A stretch of DNA of 64,000 nucleotides from Bacillota bacterium (lineage in GTDB: Bacteria > Bacillota > Sulfobacillia > JAJYWN01), in contig JAJYWN010000016.1 in the NCBI GenBank assembly GCA_021791495.1, forward strand, positions 38,970 through 102,969, read 5' to 3'. This document shows, one piece after another, positions 1-9,132 of this stretch; position 1 is the first letter of the stretch, and every line of letters starts with the position of its first letter. The notes below the pieces were generated by a model. It did no database searches and was not told the DNA's origin. It saw only the letters and a list, made by a program, of their open reading frames with translations. The translations under genes were made by a program, and so were the position numbers.

Positions 1-708
1 GGCGCCAACGCTTCGACGGAAGCGGCGCGGTTCCACGACGTCGGCGGGCCGGCCGAGGCCGAAATGGCCGCGTCACGTGAAACGATCCGGCTGGGCTGGA
101 CCGCGGCGGTGGGCCGGCATACCCGGTTCCTCCTGTTCGTGGGCCGCCTGTCAAAGGAGAAGAACCTCAGCTTCCTGGTGGACGCCCTGAGCGAGTTAGT
201 GGCGGCGGGTCGCGACTACTACCTCATCATCGTTGGGGACGGCCCGGATCGGCTCAGGGTGGCGGCACAGGCGGAAAAGATGGGACTGGCCCGGCGCGTG
301 GTCTTCACGGGCGCGCTGATCCCCAGCCAGGTACAGCAGTTCTACCGGGCCGCCGATGTGTTCGTCTTCGCCTCCCCCCACGAGACTCAGGGGCTGGTGC
401 TGCTGGAGGCCATGGCCAACGGGCTGCCCGTGGTGGCGGTGGACTCACCGGCCAGTTCGGAACTGACAGGGGGCGGCGACAGCGGTCTCTTGGTGCCCGC
501 CGACCCGTCCCAGATGGCCGCCGCCGTCCGAAGAGTGGCGGAGACCCCAGAAGTGTCGGAACGCTTGGGCCAGCGGGGCCGGGAGCGGGCCGCCCAATTC
601 TCCACTACAGCTATGACGGCGCACCTGGAAGACTTCTACTACGAGCTGATAGACCAGCACAGCGGGCAAAAGCCCGCTGAGCCGGATTTCTCTTTTTCGC
701 CCCGGTAG
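1..708 (+). CDS. GT4 family glycosyltransferase, 5'-truncated by window edge
   Basis: GT4 C-terminal motifs (FVGRLSKEKN, IVGDGP, ETQGLVLLEAMANGLPVV). The frame is open from base 1, so ATG 64 is internal. Confidence 0.9.
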   Translation, partial: GANASTEAARFHDVGGPAEAEMAASRETIRLGWTAAVGRHTRFLLFVGRLSKEKNLSFLVDALSELVAAGRDYYLIIVGDGPDRLRVAAQAEKMGLARRVVFTGALIPSQVQQFYRAADVFVFASPHETQGLVLLEAMANGLPVVAVDSPASSELTGGGDSGLLVPADPSQMAAAVRRVAETPEVSERLGQRGRERAAQFSTTAMTAHLEDFYYELIDQHSGQKPAEPDFSFSPR

Positions 709-735
709 CCTTTCCTCCCGGTGACCCGCCCTACG

Positions 736-2943
736 TTAGAGGGCGTAGTCCGACGCGAAGCGCGCGATGTGCCGGTCGTACCAATCGGTGACGAGGTCCA
801 GGCGTTCCACCCGGTGCCGCGGCTGTCCACCCCTGGACATCCCGTGGCTCTCGTCGGGGAAGCGGACGAAGACCACCTCGCGCCGCAGCCACTTCAGGGC
901 GGTGTAGAGCATCTCGCCCTGGGAGATGGGGCACCGGTAGTCGTTCTCCTGGTGCAGGATGAGGAGCGGCGTGCGCATGTTTTCCACATAGGTGATGGGG
1001 GAGAACTCCATGTAGCGTTGCAGGTCCTCCCAGGGTTTGGTTTGTGACTCCCAGAGGCCGTTCCTAACGCCCACGTCGCTGCTGCCCCACTGGAAGTAGC
1101 GGTCGCAGGTACTGCGCATGGTGATAGCGGCCTTGAAGCGCTCGGTGTGGCCGATGACCCAGTTGGTCATGTAGCCGCCGAAGCTCCCGCCGGCTACGGC
1201 CAGGCGATCGGGGTCGGCCACGCCCAGGGCGATGGCGTGATCGACGCCCGCCATGATGTCATCGTAATCCTTCCCACCATCCATGCGGCCGGCGGCTACA
1301 AAGGTTTGGCCGTAGCCCGAGCTGCTGCGGGGATTGGTGTAGACGACGGCGAACCCGGCCGTGGCGAGGAGTTGGAATTCAAGGAAAAAGGCGTGCCCGT
1401 AGGCGGAATGGGGACCACCGTGAATCTCCAGCATGGTAGGGTAACGGCGGCCGGCGATGTAACCGGCGGGTTTCAAGAGCCAGCCTTCGATGTCCCACCC
1501 GTCGGTACTCTTGTAGTTGATGGTCTCGACTTCGCCCAATTGGACCTGGTCTAGCAGGTCCTGGTTAACCTTGGTCAGGCGGACCTCGCCGTCCCGAATC
1601 AGGGCGTAGATGTCGCCCGGGATGTGGACCGTTGAAGAAGCCAGAGCCACCGTTCCACTATCCTTGGCCACGGAGAAGGAATAGACCGACCGCCCGCCGG
1701 CGGTGAGAGGGGTCACTTTCCCCGACGCCAGGTCAAGGCGCGACAGGTGGTCGCTACCTCCATCGTGGACGAGGAAAAGGAGGGTGGAACCGCCGGCGCT
1801 CCACACGGGGGTAACCGAAGCCCCTCCCATGCGGCAGTCGGAGCCGACACCGGGGGTGCAGTCACGGTCCAGGTCCGGTGTGAGGCAGACCGGTGGCAAG
1901 ACGGCCGGGCTTTCGCCCGCGCCACTGCCGGCGGCGCCCGTCAGCTCGGGGACATCCACCGCCCACAAGGAAGTCACGGTGGCGGCGCGGTATTTGCCGT
2001 CATGGCCAAGGTAGGCGATGCGGCAGCCGTCGGGGGACCAGGAGGGGTTGGAGCACGGGCCAAGGCTGGCCGTCAGTTTGACCGGTAGAGCCTTGGAGCC
2101 GTCCGCGTTCCGCCCCACCGGGAGGATATAGACGTCATTGAAGGAGACATAATCACGGTCGGGCGATGGGTTGGCCACGTAGGCGATGTACCGGCCGTCC
2201 GGAGACCAGGCCGCTCCGGCGCAGTCATAGTCGCCCGAAGTGACGGGCCAGGGCTCTCCTCCGTCCACCGGCACGACCCAGATGTGGTTCCACCTGCCGT
2301 CCCAGAAGCCCTCGCCGTCCATCTTATAGCGGAGGCGGGTGATGATCTTCACGTCACTCTCTTCGGCCTGCCCGCCTGCGGTGGCCCCGGCGCCGCCGTT
2401 GGTCCCGTTGGCGCCGGACACTGCCGCACCGGATACTGGCGCGCCGGACCCACCGGTCGCGCCGTTGGCGGCCGGCCCCGCCCCGCTCTCTTTCTTTCCA
2501 GAAGGATAGCGCCCTCCGGTGGCGCCGCTGTCTGCCACCTTATGGCTGAAAGCGATGAAGCGACCGTCCGGCGACCAAACGGGGTTGCCGGCTCCTCCCT
2601 TAATCTTCGTCAGCTGGCGGGCCTCACCGCCGTTGGCCGGCAGGAGCCAGATCTGTCGGTCACCGCCCCGGTCGGAAACAAAGGCAATGGTCTGTCCGTC
2701 GGGGGACCAGCGGGGGGAACTGTCCGACTTGGGGCCGCCCGAGAAAGGTTGGGGGGCCATTCCGCCGACCCCGGGCCCGGGCTCCGTCCCCACCATCCAA
2801 ATGGAGGAGCGATACTTCTTCTTATCATTTGGGTCGCAGATGGTTTGAACGTACGCGACCCTACCCCCGTCCGGGGAGATCTGCGGGTCACTCACCCATT
2901 TGAAGGAATAGAGGTCGGCCGATTTCAAGGGGCGCTTGTCCAT
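736..2943 (-). CDS. S9 family serine peptidase (acylaminoacyl-peptidase/YuxL-like) with beta-propeller
   Basis: WSPDG propeller repeats, IHGGPH, nucleophile GGSFGG, ENDYRC, DESHG. Start placed at ATG 2943 (MDKRPL) with GGAGGGTG RBS upstream. Confidence 0.92.
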   Translation of the reverse strand: MDKRPLKSADLYSFKWVSDPQISPDGGRVAYVQTICDPNDKKKYRSSIWMVGTEPGPGVGGMAPQPFSGGPKSDSSPRWSPDGQTIAFVSDRGGDRQIWLLPANGGEARQLTKIKGGAGNPVWSPDGRFIAFSHKVADSGATGGRYPSGKKESGAGPAANGATGGSGAPVSGAAVSGANGTNGGAGATAGGQAEESDVKIITRLRYKMDGEGFWDGRWNHIWVVPVDGGEPWPVTSGDYDCAGAAWSPDGRYIAYVANPSPDRDYVSFNDVYILPVGRNADGSKALPVKLTASLGPCSNPSWSPDGCRIAYLGHDGKYRAATVTSLWAVDVPELTGAAGSGAGESPAVLPPVCLTPDLDRDCTPGVGSDCRMGGASVTPVWSAGGSTLLFLVHDGGSDHLSRLDLASGKVTPLTAGGRSVYSFSVAKDSGTVALASSTVHIPGDIYALIRDGEVRLTKVNQDLLDQVQLGEVETINYKSTDGWDIEGWLLKPAGYIAGRRYPTMLEIHGGPHSAYGHAFFLEFQLLATAGFAVVYTNPRSSSGYGQTFVAAGRMDGGKDYDDIMAGVDHAIALGVADPDRLAVAGGSFGGYMTNWVIGHTERFKAAITMRSTCDRYFQWGSSDVGVRNGLWESQTKPWEDLQRYMEFSPITYVENMRTPLLILHQENDYRCPISQGEMLYTALKWLRREVVFVRFPDESHGMSRGGQPRHRVERLDLVTDWYDRHIARFASDYAL

Positions 2944-3357
2944 AGCTTGGTTCACCCTCCGAAAGGTTCGAGTGTAGGAGGTATTCGGGAGAAGCCATCT
3001 CTGTCCTTCAGGCCATCTTCGTCTGAACGGCGTCTGCGGCGGCCGGGACGGTGCGTGTGTAGTCCGCATTGGGGGGGTGGGGGGTATCCGCCGCCGCGGG
3101 GTCGTGGGAGTCAATTCGGGACACTTTTCCGAGACCAACATGGTATCTTGGGTTAACCCCCGGCCATTGTGCTGGCTTTCACAAGGAGGCGGCCGGCATC
3201 TCGGGGTGAGGATCACACTGTCTTGCTTGCATTTCCGCCTGCTAGAGAGCATGGGTCCACATCCGGGTTCCCGGGCGGCACGACAGTCCGGGGGTGGTTC
3301 GGACGGGGCACGAGGGGGGTCCGGACCTTGGCGGTGGAGGTCCGAGATGCCTCTCCA

Positions 3358-3374
3358 ATACCCCCCTAGGGTAT
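3358..3374. promoter_or_regulatory. CsoR/RcnR-family operator-like box ATACCC-N5-GGGTAT
   Basis: Minus strand reads ATACCCTAGGGGGGTAT, versus the B. subtilis copZA CsoR core ATACCCTACGGGGGTAT as recalled (1 mismatch in 17). Confidence 0.5.
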
Positions 3375-3618
3375 GGTTACGCGACGGGGCGTAAACCCAA
3401 GATACCCTCTTGTCGAGAGAAAGGTATCTTGAATTGACTCCACCCGCTGTTTCCGCCGCGCCTCGGCATCAACCGCGCCTGGAATGGTACTCAGGGGCCA
3501 TTTGTCCATGTTGTCAACAACCCGAAGCCACCGAGCGCGGCTTCTTCTCAGGCTATTGGGAGACAATCTGGCTCTTTGCCTTCTTCCCGGCTCCGGCTGG
3601 GGCGCTGGCCGAAGCCCA

Positions 3619-4245
3619 TCAGGCTGGAACGTATTTCTGGAACAGCTTCTCCGCCCGCTCCACGTTATAGATCCCGCAGACGCACGGCTGGGCGACCAGG
3701 ATGGCGGCCTGGCGCGGGGTGCGTTTGCCGGCTTTCACCTGGCCGATGAGGCGCTCCACCAAGTGACGTGAGACCATCCCGTGACCACACATGGTCAAGA
3801 ACTCCAAAGCCTCCTCGGACGGCAGGTCCCCGGTCTTCCCCCAGATGTTCAGGGATAGGTTTACGGAATGTGGCCTGATCTCTAGCTCGCGGGCCATATC
3901 TTCCACCTCGTCGATGAGCCCGGAGATAGTGATGGAGAGGCCCATGTCCAGCTCTTTCACACGCCGCACGAATTCGCGGACCTTGGCCTTGTCGGCGAAG
4001 GAGCAGCGCACGCGCGGGACGCCGGACAGCTTCTCCTTGATCTGCTCGAAAGTGGCACCCGAGTAGATGGTCCCGCATTCATAGGACCCGATGTTCGTGG
4101 GGCCCAGTTCGTAGATGATGTCCAGCATCTTCAGGAGCTTCTCTTTCGAACCTTCCTGGTTGAACCCCACGGCCGGAGTGGCTAAGATTACATAATCATT
4201 TTGGAGCGATTCGGCGCTCCCGCGCCGGTGTAGAGAGTGCGTCAT
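3619..4245 (-). CDS. Uncharacterised Cys/His-motif protein (paralog 1), partner of the 4Fe-4S protein
   Basis: Starts MTHSLHR at ATG 4245. Motifs TMCGHGMV and CVCGIYN are shared with 5965-6714. Confidence 0.85.
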   Translation of the reverse strand: MTHSLHRRGSAESLQNDYVILATPAVGFNQEGSKEKLLKMLDIIYELGPTNIGSYECGTIYSGATFEQIKEKLSGVPRVRCSFADKAKVREFVRRVKELDMGLSITISGLIDEVEDMARELEIRPHSVNLSLNIWGKTGDLPSEEALEFLTMCGHGMVSRHLVERLIGQVKAGKRTPRQAAILVAQPCVCGIYNVERAEKLFQKYVPA

Positions 4246-4249
4246 TGCC

Positions 4250-4978
4250 TTACACCTCCGATAGGGGGCGGCCCAGGCCCAGATTGATCTTGGCATTCGG
4301 CCGGACCGTGAAGCCCAGCTTTTCGACATCTTCCCGCACCGGGATGCGGCCATCGGGGTCATACCGGGTGATGAGGTCGAGCGAGAAGACGGTGTCCAAC
4401 TCCTTGGCCACGCGCCGGACCTCGGTCAAGATAGCCTCCAGCCGCTCGGCCGGGGCGGTGAATTCGATGATGCAGGAGATCATCCGGAGTCCCAGGCGCC
4501 TCGCCGGAAAAGTCCCGTTCGCCGGGTCATCCATGATGTGGGACAGCGGGCTCATGTGCTCCCAAACGATGCCGATACGGGCCAGGGCCGTGGTGACCTT
4601 CTGGACCTCGGCCAGAGTGGTCCCCAGGCAGGGACGGCCCATTTCCAAGGCCACGCCGATCTCCCCACGTTTGACGCGGCCGGTGACGTCGTTGGTCTTG
4701 ACCTCCTCCGTGCCCCGTCCGGGTATCTTCGTCACCTTGTGGGTGGTCATCGGGTCGGAGAAGTATTTGGAAATACCCCTTTCCGTCTCGAAGAGGTTGG
4801 GATCGTCGTAGATGGCCCCCGTGGGGCACTTCACGATGTAGCGGCGGCCGCAGGTCCCGCACTCGGCGCAGATATCCAGATCGATGCTGGCTTTCTTCCC
4901 AGACACACTGATGGCTCCCACGGGGCAGTAGGGAACGCAGATGCCGCAGCCGTTGCACTTTTCTTGGTCGATCAGCAC
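4250..4978 (-). CDS. 2x[4Fe-4S] ferredoxin-domain protein with uncharacterised C-terminal domain (paralog 1)
   Basis: CNGCGICVPYCP and CAECGTC...CP; PGRGTEEVKTNDVTGRVKRGE; GTG start with AAAGGAG RBS. Confidence 0.9.
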   Translation of the reverse strand: MLIDQEKCNGCGICVPYCPVGAISVSGKKASIDLDICAECGTCGRRYIVKCPTGAIYDDPNLFETERGISKYFSDPMTTHKVTKIPGRGTEEVKTNDVTGRVKRGEIGVALEMGRPCLGTTLAEVQKVTTALARIGIVWEHMSPLSHIMDDPANGTFPARRLGLRMISCIIEFTAPAERLEAILTEVRRVAKELDTVFSLDLITRYDPDGRIPVREDVEKLGFTVRPNAKINLGLGRPLSEV

Positions 4979-5026
4979 GAGTCGTAGTCTCCTTTCTATG
5001 GGGTGGGCAGGGAGAGGCGTGGGGCC

Positions 5027-5962
5027 CTATGGATTCTTTCGGACCTCTGCCAGGGCCGCAAGAATCTCAGCGCGTCCGCCGGCCCCTTGGCCTCCGAAGC
5101 GGTGGTCCAGACCAAGGGCGGCGATACCCGCCAACTTGTCCCGTTCGGCGCGGGCCATGGTGGCGTCGGCGCCGATCTCGGTCAGGAAATCCACCACGTC
5201 GGCCATCTCCTCCGACCGGCGGGCCGCGTGCAGCGCAGCGCCCGCCAGGCGGTAATCCACGAGTCGAGCGAAGGGCCTTCCGGGCTCATCCAGGGTGGAC
5301 ATGACTTGGTCCAGCACACCGTAGGCCGAGGCCGCCGTGGCCAGTTCCCAGATGAGAGAGTCCAGACCTTTCTGGTAGATGCTACGGAACATCTTGATGG
5401 CCGACGCCTCACCGGGGATCTGGCCGACGACTTTCACATTCAGGCCCAGGGCGGGAGCGGCTTCCGCCAAGGCGGCCGAACCCGGTCCGGACAGCAGCAT
5501 GGGCACGTGTACTCCGTCGACGGCGAAACGGCCGACCACCGCCGCGTCGACGAAACGCCCGCCCCGCGCCGCTACTTTCTCGCCGAGGGCGCGTTTCTTC
5601 GGAGGGCTCATGGTATTCACGTCAACGAAGGTCTTTCCGGCCAACCCCATTCCGGCCGCCTCGATGACCGCCGAAGCACCGGCGGCCGTGACTGCCGAGA
5701 AAACGAGGTCCACCCCAGACTGCGTCACCGCCTCGAAGGCGGAGTGACACAGCTTCACTCCGGTCTCTTGGGCTCTCTGAAGGATCAGCGCCGCGCGGGA
5801 ACCGGCCGCGGGACCGGTCCCGCCGGAAACGGGAGCGTCACGGTCGAAGGCAACTACCATGGGGGGCTGGGGAAGGGCCCGCCACCCCTTGGCCAGCTCA
5901 TAGCCGGCCTCGCCCAGCCCCAGAAGGGCGATGACGCCGGACGCGGAGGTTGGAGCCGCCAT
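5027..5962 (-). CDS. NAD(P)-dependent oxidoreductase, 6-phosphogluconate/3-hydroxyisobutyrate dehydrogenase-like (DUF1932 type)
   Basis: Rossmann GLGEAG; FVDVNTMSP; FVDAAVVG; ASAIKMFRSIYQKG; HAARRSEEM. Confidence 0.85.
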   Translation of the reverse strand: MAAPTSASGVIALLGLGEAGYELAKGWRALPQPPMVVAFDRDAPVSGGTGPAAGSRAALILQRAQETGVKLCHSAFEAVTQSGVDLVFSAVTAAGASAVIEAAGMGLAGKTFVDVNTMSPPKKRALGEKVAARGGRFVDAAVVGRFAVDGVHVPMLLSGPGSAALAEAAPALGLNVKVVGQIPGEASAIKMFRSIYQKGLDSLIWELATAASAYGVLDQVMSTLDEPGRPFARLVDYRLAGAALHAARRSEEMADVVDFLTEIGADATMARAERDKLAGIAALGLDHRFGGQGAGGRAEILAALAEVRKNP

Positions 5963-5964
5963 GG

Positions 5965-6714
5965 CTACTCCTCCTCGCCGGCTCCGGCACCACTGCCGCT
6001 ATCGCCACCTCCATCCTCAAAGCCGGCACAGCTTTCACATCCGGTCGGCGGTGTCGCCGTCGCCCCGCCGTCACGGGCGGCTCGAGCCGCGGCCTTGGCG
6101 GCGGTGGCCATCTCACCCACGAGCTTGCCGGCGCGGACGTGGTTGAAAATGCCGCAGGGGCACAATGCGGCCAGTTTCTTCCCGGCCTCCTCCGCCGAGA
6201 TTCTCCCGGCACGCACCTCTCGGGCCATCTTTTCCACGATCCCGGGCGCCACCATGTGGTGCCCGCACATCGTGGTTACGGCCAGAGTCTCCTGCTTCGG
6301 CAGGAGCTCCTTCTTGCCCCAGACTCCCAGGGAGAAGTTGATGGTGTGCGGGGTGAGCCCGGCGGCCTTGCACGCCGGAAGGACGTAGTCCAAGGGTCCG
6401 CTGATGACCACGGACAGACCAGTGTCGGCGGTCTTGACCTGCTTCAGAAACTCCGTCACATGTTCGGGGGCGTTCAGAACCCCGCGCAGACGGGACTGGT
6501 TGGAGATGCGGGACTTTACATAATCAACCGGGTATAGCAGAATTGACCCGGACTTGACGTCTCCCCAGTTCGAGCAACCCACGGCCTCGGCGGCGGCCAG
6601 GAAGGCGCGGGCCTTCTCGGCGATGCCGGTGTCGTTGATACCTTTCGCCTGGTACATAAGCCAGACGTAGTCTTCGTTCTGGTATTCACCTTGGCGGTGA
6701 AGGGTGTGTGTCAT
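5965..6714 (-). CDS. Uncharacterised Cys/His-motif protein (paralog 2) with low-complexity CxxC tail
   Basis: Starts MTHTLHR at ATG 6714; TMCGHHMV; CPCGIFN; tail contains GCESCAG. Confidence 0.85.
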   Translation of the reverse strand: MTHTLHRQGEYQNEDYVWLMYQAKGINDTGIAEKARAFLAAAEAVGCSNWGDVKSGSILLYPVDYVKSRISNQSRLRGVLNAPEHVTEFLKQVKTADTGLSVVISGPLDYVLPACKAAGLTPHTINFSLGVWGKKELLPKQETLAVTTMCGHHMVAPGIVEKMAREVRAGRISAEEAGKKLAALCPCGIFNHVRAGKLVGEMATAAKAAARAARDGGATATPPTGCESCAGFEDGGGDSGSGAGAGEEE

Positions 6715-6805
6715 GGTGGCCGTCTTCCTCCTTGTCTTCTTCCGTGTCGGCCAGATGCCGTCAGGTGCGTCTGGTTCGTCAGATGGGCCAGATGGGCCAG
6801 GTGCG

Positions 6806-7534
6806 CTAGTCCGTAACCAGGGGCCGGCCCAGGCCGACGTTGACTTTCCCTCTGGTGGGCACGGGCAGCCCGTACTTGGGCAGCTCGGCGATGGCCGCGC
6901 TGCGGCCTTCTTCGTCCACCCGCAGCACCAGTCCAAGGGAGAAGACGGTATCGATCTCTTTTTCCACGCGCTGGAGGGCCTGGATGACCCCGCCCATATT
7001 GGACGTGGGAGTCTTACCTTCGATGATGATGGAGAGGAAGTACTTGTCCCCGATGCCGGGCAGGAACTCACCGGTCTCCAAGTTGGTCATGAGCTTGCCG
7101 ATGGGGCTGACGTGGCCGGGCTCCAGTTTCAGCCCGGCGGCGCACACGGCCCGGGCCACTTTTTCGACGTCCCGGAGATAGCAGCCTACGCCAGGGCGCC
7201 CCATGTCGATGGCGAACCCGACCTCACCCTTCTTCACTCGCCCCGTCACATCGTTGGTTTTCGACTCCTCCGTACCCCGGCCCGGAACCCCTGTTTCAGC
7301 CGTGGTCACCGTGGGGTCGGAAATGACGTGGCAAAACTCGTCGATGAAGGCCTCCAGCGAACTGGGGGTCATGGCGTCTTGTGGGCAGGCCTTGTTGCGC
7401 ACACAAACGTAGCAGTCGGTGCAGCGATGTGGGTCCACCCCGGCCTTCCGGTTCTTGACCTTGATGGCTCCCACGGAGCAATAGGCCAGGCAGTCGCCGC
7501 AGCCGGTACACTTCTCCTGATCAATGAGAATCAA
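6806..7534 (-). CDS. 2x[4Fe-4S] ferredoxin-domain protein (paralog 2)
   Basis: CTGCGDCLAYCS and CTDCYVC...CP; PGRGTEESKTNDVTGRVKKGE; TTG start at 7534 after GGAGGTG RBS. Confidence 0.9.
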   Translation of the reverse strand: MILIDQEKCTGCGDCLAYCSVGAIKVKNRKAGVDPHRCTDCYVCVRNKACPQDAMTPSSLEAFIDEFCHVISDPTVTTAETGVPGRGTEESKTNDVTGRVKKGEVGFAIDMGRPGVGCYLRDVEKVARAVCAAGLKLEPGHVSPIGKLMTNLETGEFLPGIGDKYFLSIIIEGKTPTSNMGGVIQALQRVEKEIDTVFSLGLVLRVDEEGRSAAIAELPKYGLPVPTRGKVNVGLGRPLVTD

Positions 7535-7593
7535 GCGGTCGCACCTCCGTTTCAATCCACATTCCCGCGCGGGGAATGACGAGAGACAAGCGG

Positions 7594-9105
7594 TTACTGG
7601 GTGACGCCCGCGGTCTTACGGATCCGGGCCACGATCCCACGGGCCAGGGGAATCAGGAGCATGACGATGGCCACCACTATCAGAACCCTCGAAATGGGGC
7701 GCGTGAAGAAGATGGCCAGGCTGCCGTGGGAGATCATCAGCGACTGGCGCAGAGTCATTTCCAGCTGACTGCCAAGCACCAGAGCCAGGACCAGCGGCGC
7801 CTGAGGGTACCCGAGCTTGCGCATGACGAAGCCGAGAATGCCGAAAACCAGCATGATCCAGACGTCGTTGAGGTTGTTATTGAGGCTGTATACTCCGACC
7901 ACACAGAACACCACGATCAAGCTGGACAAGATCCATTGGGGGATGCGAAGAATCTGGACGAAGGTGGGGATAAACGCGATATTCAAGATGACCAGCAAGA
8001 CGTTGCCGATGTACATGCTGGCAATCAAACCCCAGACGAACTGGGGATTCTTTTCGAAAAGCAGCGGCCCCGGGCGCAGGCCCAGCATCATCAGGGCTCC
8101 CATCATCACCGCGGTGGTGGCCGATCCGGGCACGCCCAAGGTCAACAGGGGCACCATGGCGCCCACCGAGGCGGCGTTATTAGCCGATTCAGGTGCCGCG
8201 ACGCCGACGATTTCGCCCTTACCGAAGGTCTCCGGGTGCTTGGAGAGTTTCTTCTCCGAGGCGTAAGACAAGAACGACGCAATGGTGGCTCCAGCCCCGG
8301 GTAGGACGCCGACCACGAATCCCAAGAAGGTCGACCGCAAGATGGCCCAACGGGTAGCGACCCAGTCCTTGGCCTTCGGGAAGACGTTCTTCAAGGCCAG
8401 ATCGGCTTTCTGAATCTCCAGGGGCTGGATTTTCTCGACGCTGGCCAGGACCTCAGTGATGCCGAACAGCCCCATGGCGATGGGCAGGAAATCGAAACCG
8501 CCCAGCAACTGCCGTGTGCCCAAGGTGAAGCGGGCCGACCCACTCACGATGTCGATGCCCACGATGGAGAGAAAGAGTCCGGCCAGGGTGGCGATGATGG
8601 TCTTCGAAGGGGACCCCTCGGTCAGGCCGGCCAGAGCCGTGAACCCCAAGAGCATCAGCGCCACGTACTCCGGGGGGCCGAAAGACAGGGCCCAACTGGC
8701 CAGGGTGGGCGCCAGGAACATGAAAATAACCTGGCTGATGGTGCCGGCGATGAAGGACCCGAGAGCGGCGATCCCCAAGGCCACACCGGCCCGGCCTTTA
8801 CGTGCCATCTGATACCCGTCGATGGTGGTCATGACCGATGAGGCTTCACCTGGGACGTTGATGAGGACCGAGGTGATGGTGCCGCCGTACATGGCTCCGT
8901 AGTAAATGCCGGCCAGCATGATGATGGCGGTGACCGGGTTCCGGCCGAAGGTCAGGGGTAGGAGAATGGCTACCCCGGCCGACGGGCCGATTCCGGGCAG
9001 GGCACCGATGATGGTGCCGAAAACGACTCCGATGAAACAGAACAGCAGGTTCACCGGGCTCAAGGCGACCCCGAAACCCATCGCCAGGTTACTCAGGACA
9101 TCCAT
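7594..9105 (-). CDS. tctA: Tripartite tricarboxylate transporter large permease
   Basis: GALPGIG, YYGAMYGGTITSVLINVPGE, AAPESANNA, GVPGSATTA. Confidence 0.95.
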   Translation of the reverse strand: MDVLSNLAMGFGVALSPVNLLFCFIGVVFGTIIGALPGIGPSAGVAILLPLTFGRNPVTAIIMLAGIYYGAMYGGTITSVLINVPGEASSVMTTIDGYQMARKGRAGVALGIAALGSFIAGTISQVIFMFLAPTLASWALSFGPPEYVALMLLGFTALAGLTEGSPSKTIIATLAGLFLSIVGIDIVSGSARFTLGTRQLLGGFDFLPIAMGLFGITEVLASVEKIQPLEIQKADLALKNVFPKAKDWVATRWAILRSTFLGFVVGVLPGAGATIASFLSYASEKKLSKHPETFGKGEIVGVAAPESANNAASVGAMVPLLTLGVPGSATTAVMMGALMMLGLRPGPLLFEKNPQFVWGLIASMYIGNVLLVILNIAFIPTFVQILRIPQWILSSLIVVFCVVGVYSLNNNLNDVWIMLVFGILGFVMRKLGYPQAPLVLALVLGSQLEMTLRQSLMISHGSLAIFFTRPISRVLIVVAIVMLLIPLARGIVARIRKTAGVTQ

Positions 9106-9132
9106 TGGTCTTCACTCCTTGAGGGTGAACTG

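Noticed and set aside
3114-3124. Shared 11-mer ATTCGGGACAC at 3114 and 37337 linking two IR elements
   Set aside because: 11-mer matches are expected many times by chance in 64 kb; no further similarity seen.
2944-3252. 104-aa N-terminal extension of the S9 peptidase in the ORF track
   Set aside because: Pro/Arg-rich and not protein-like; a strong RBS precedes ATG 2943, where family similarity begins.
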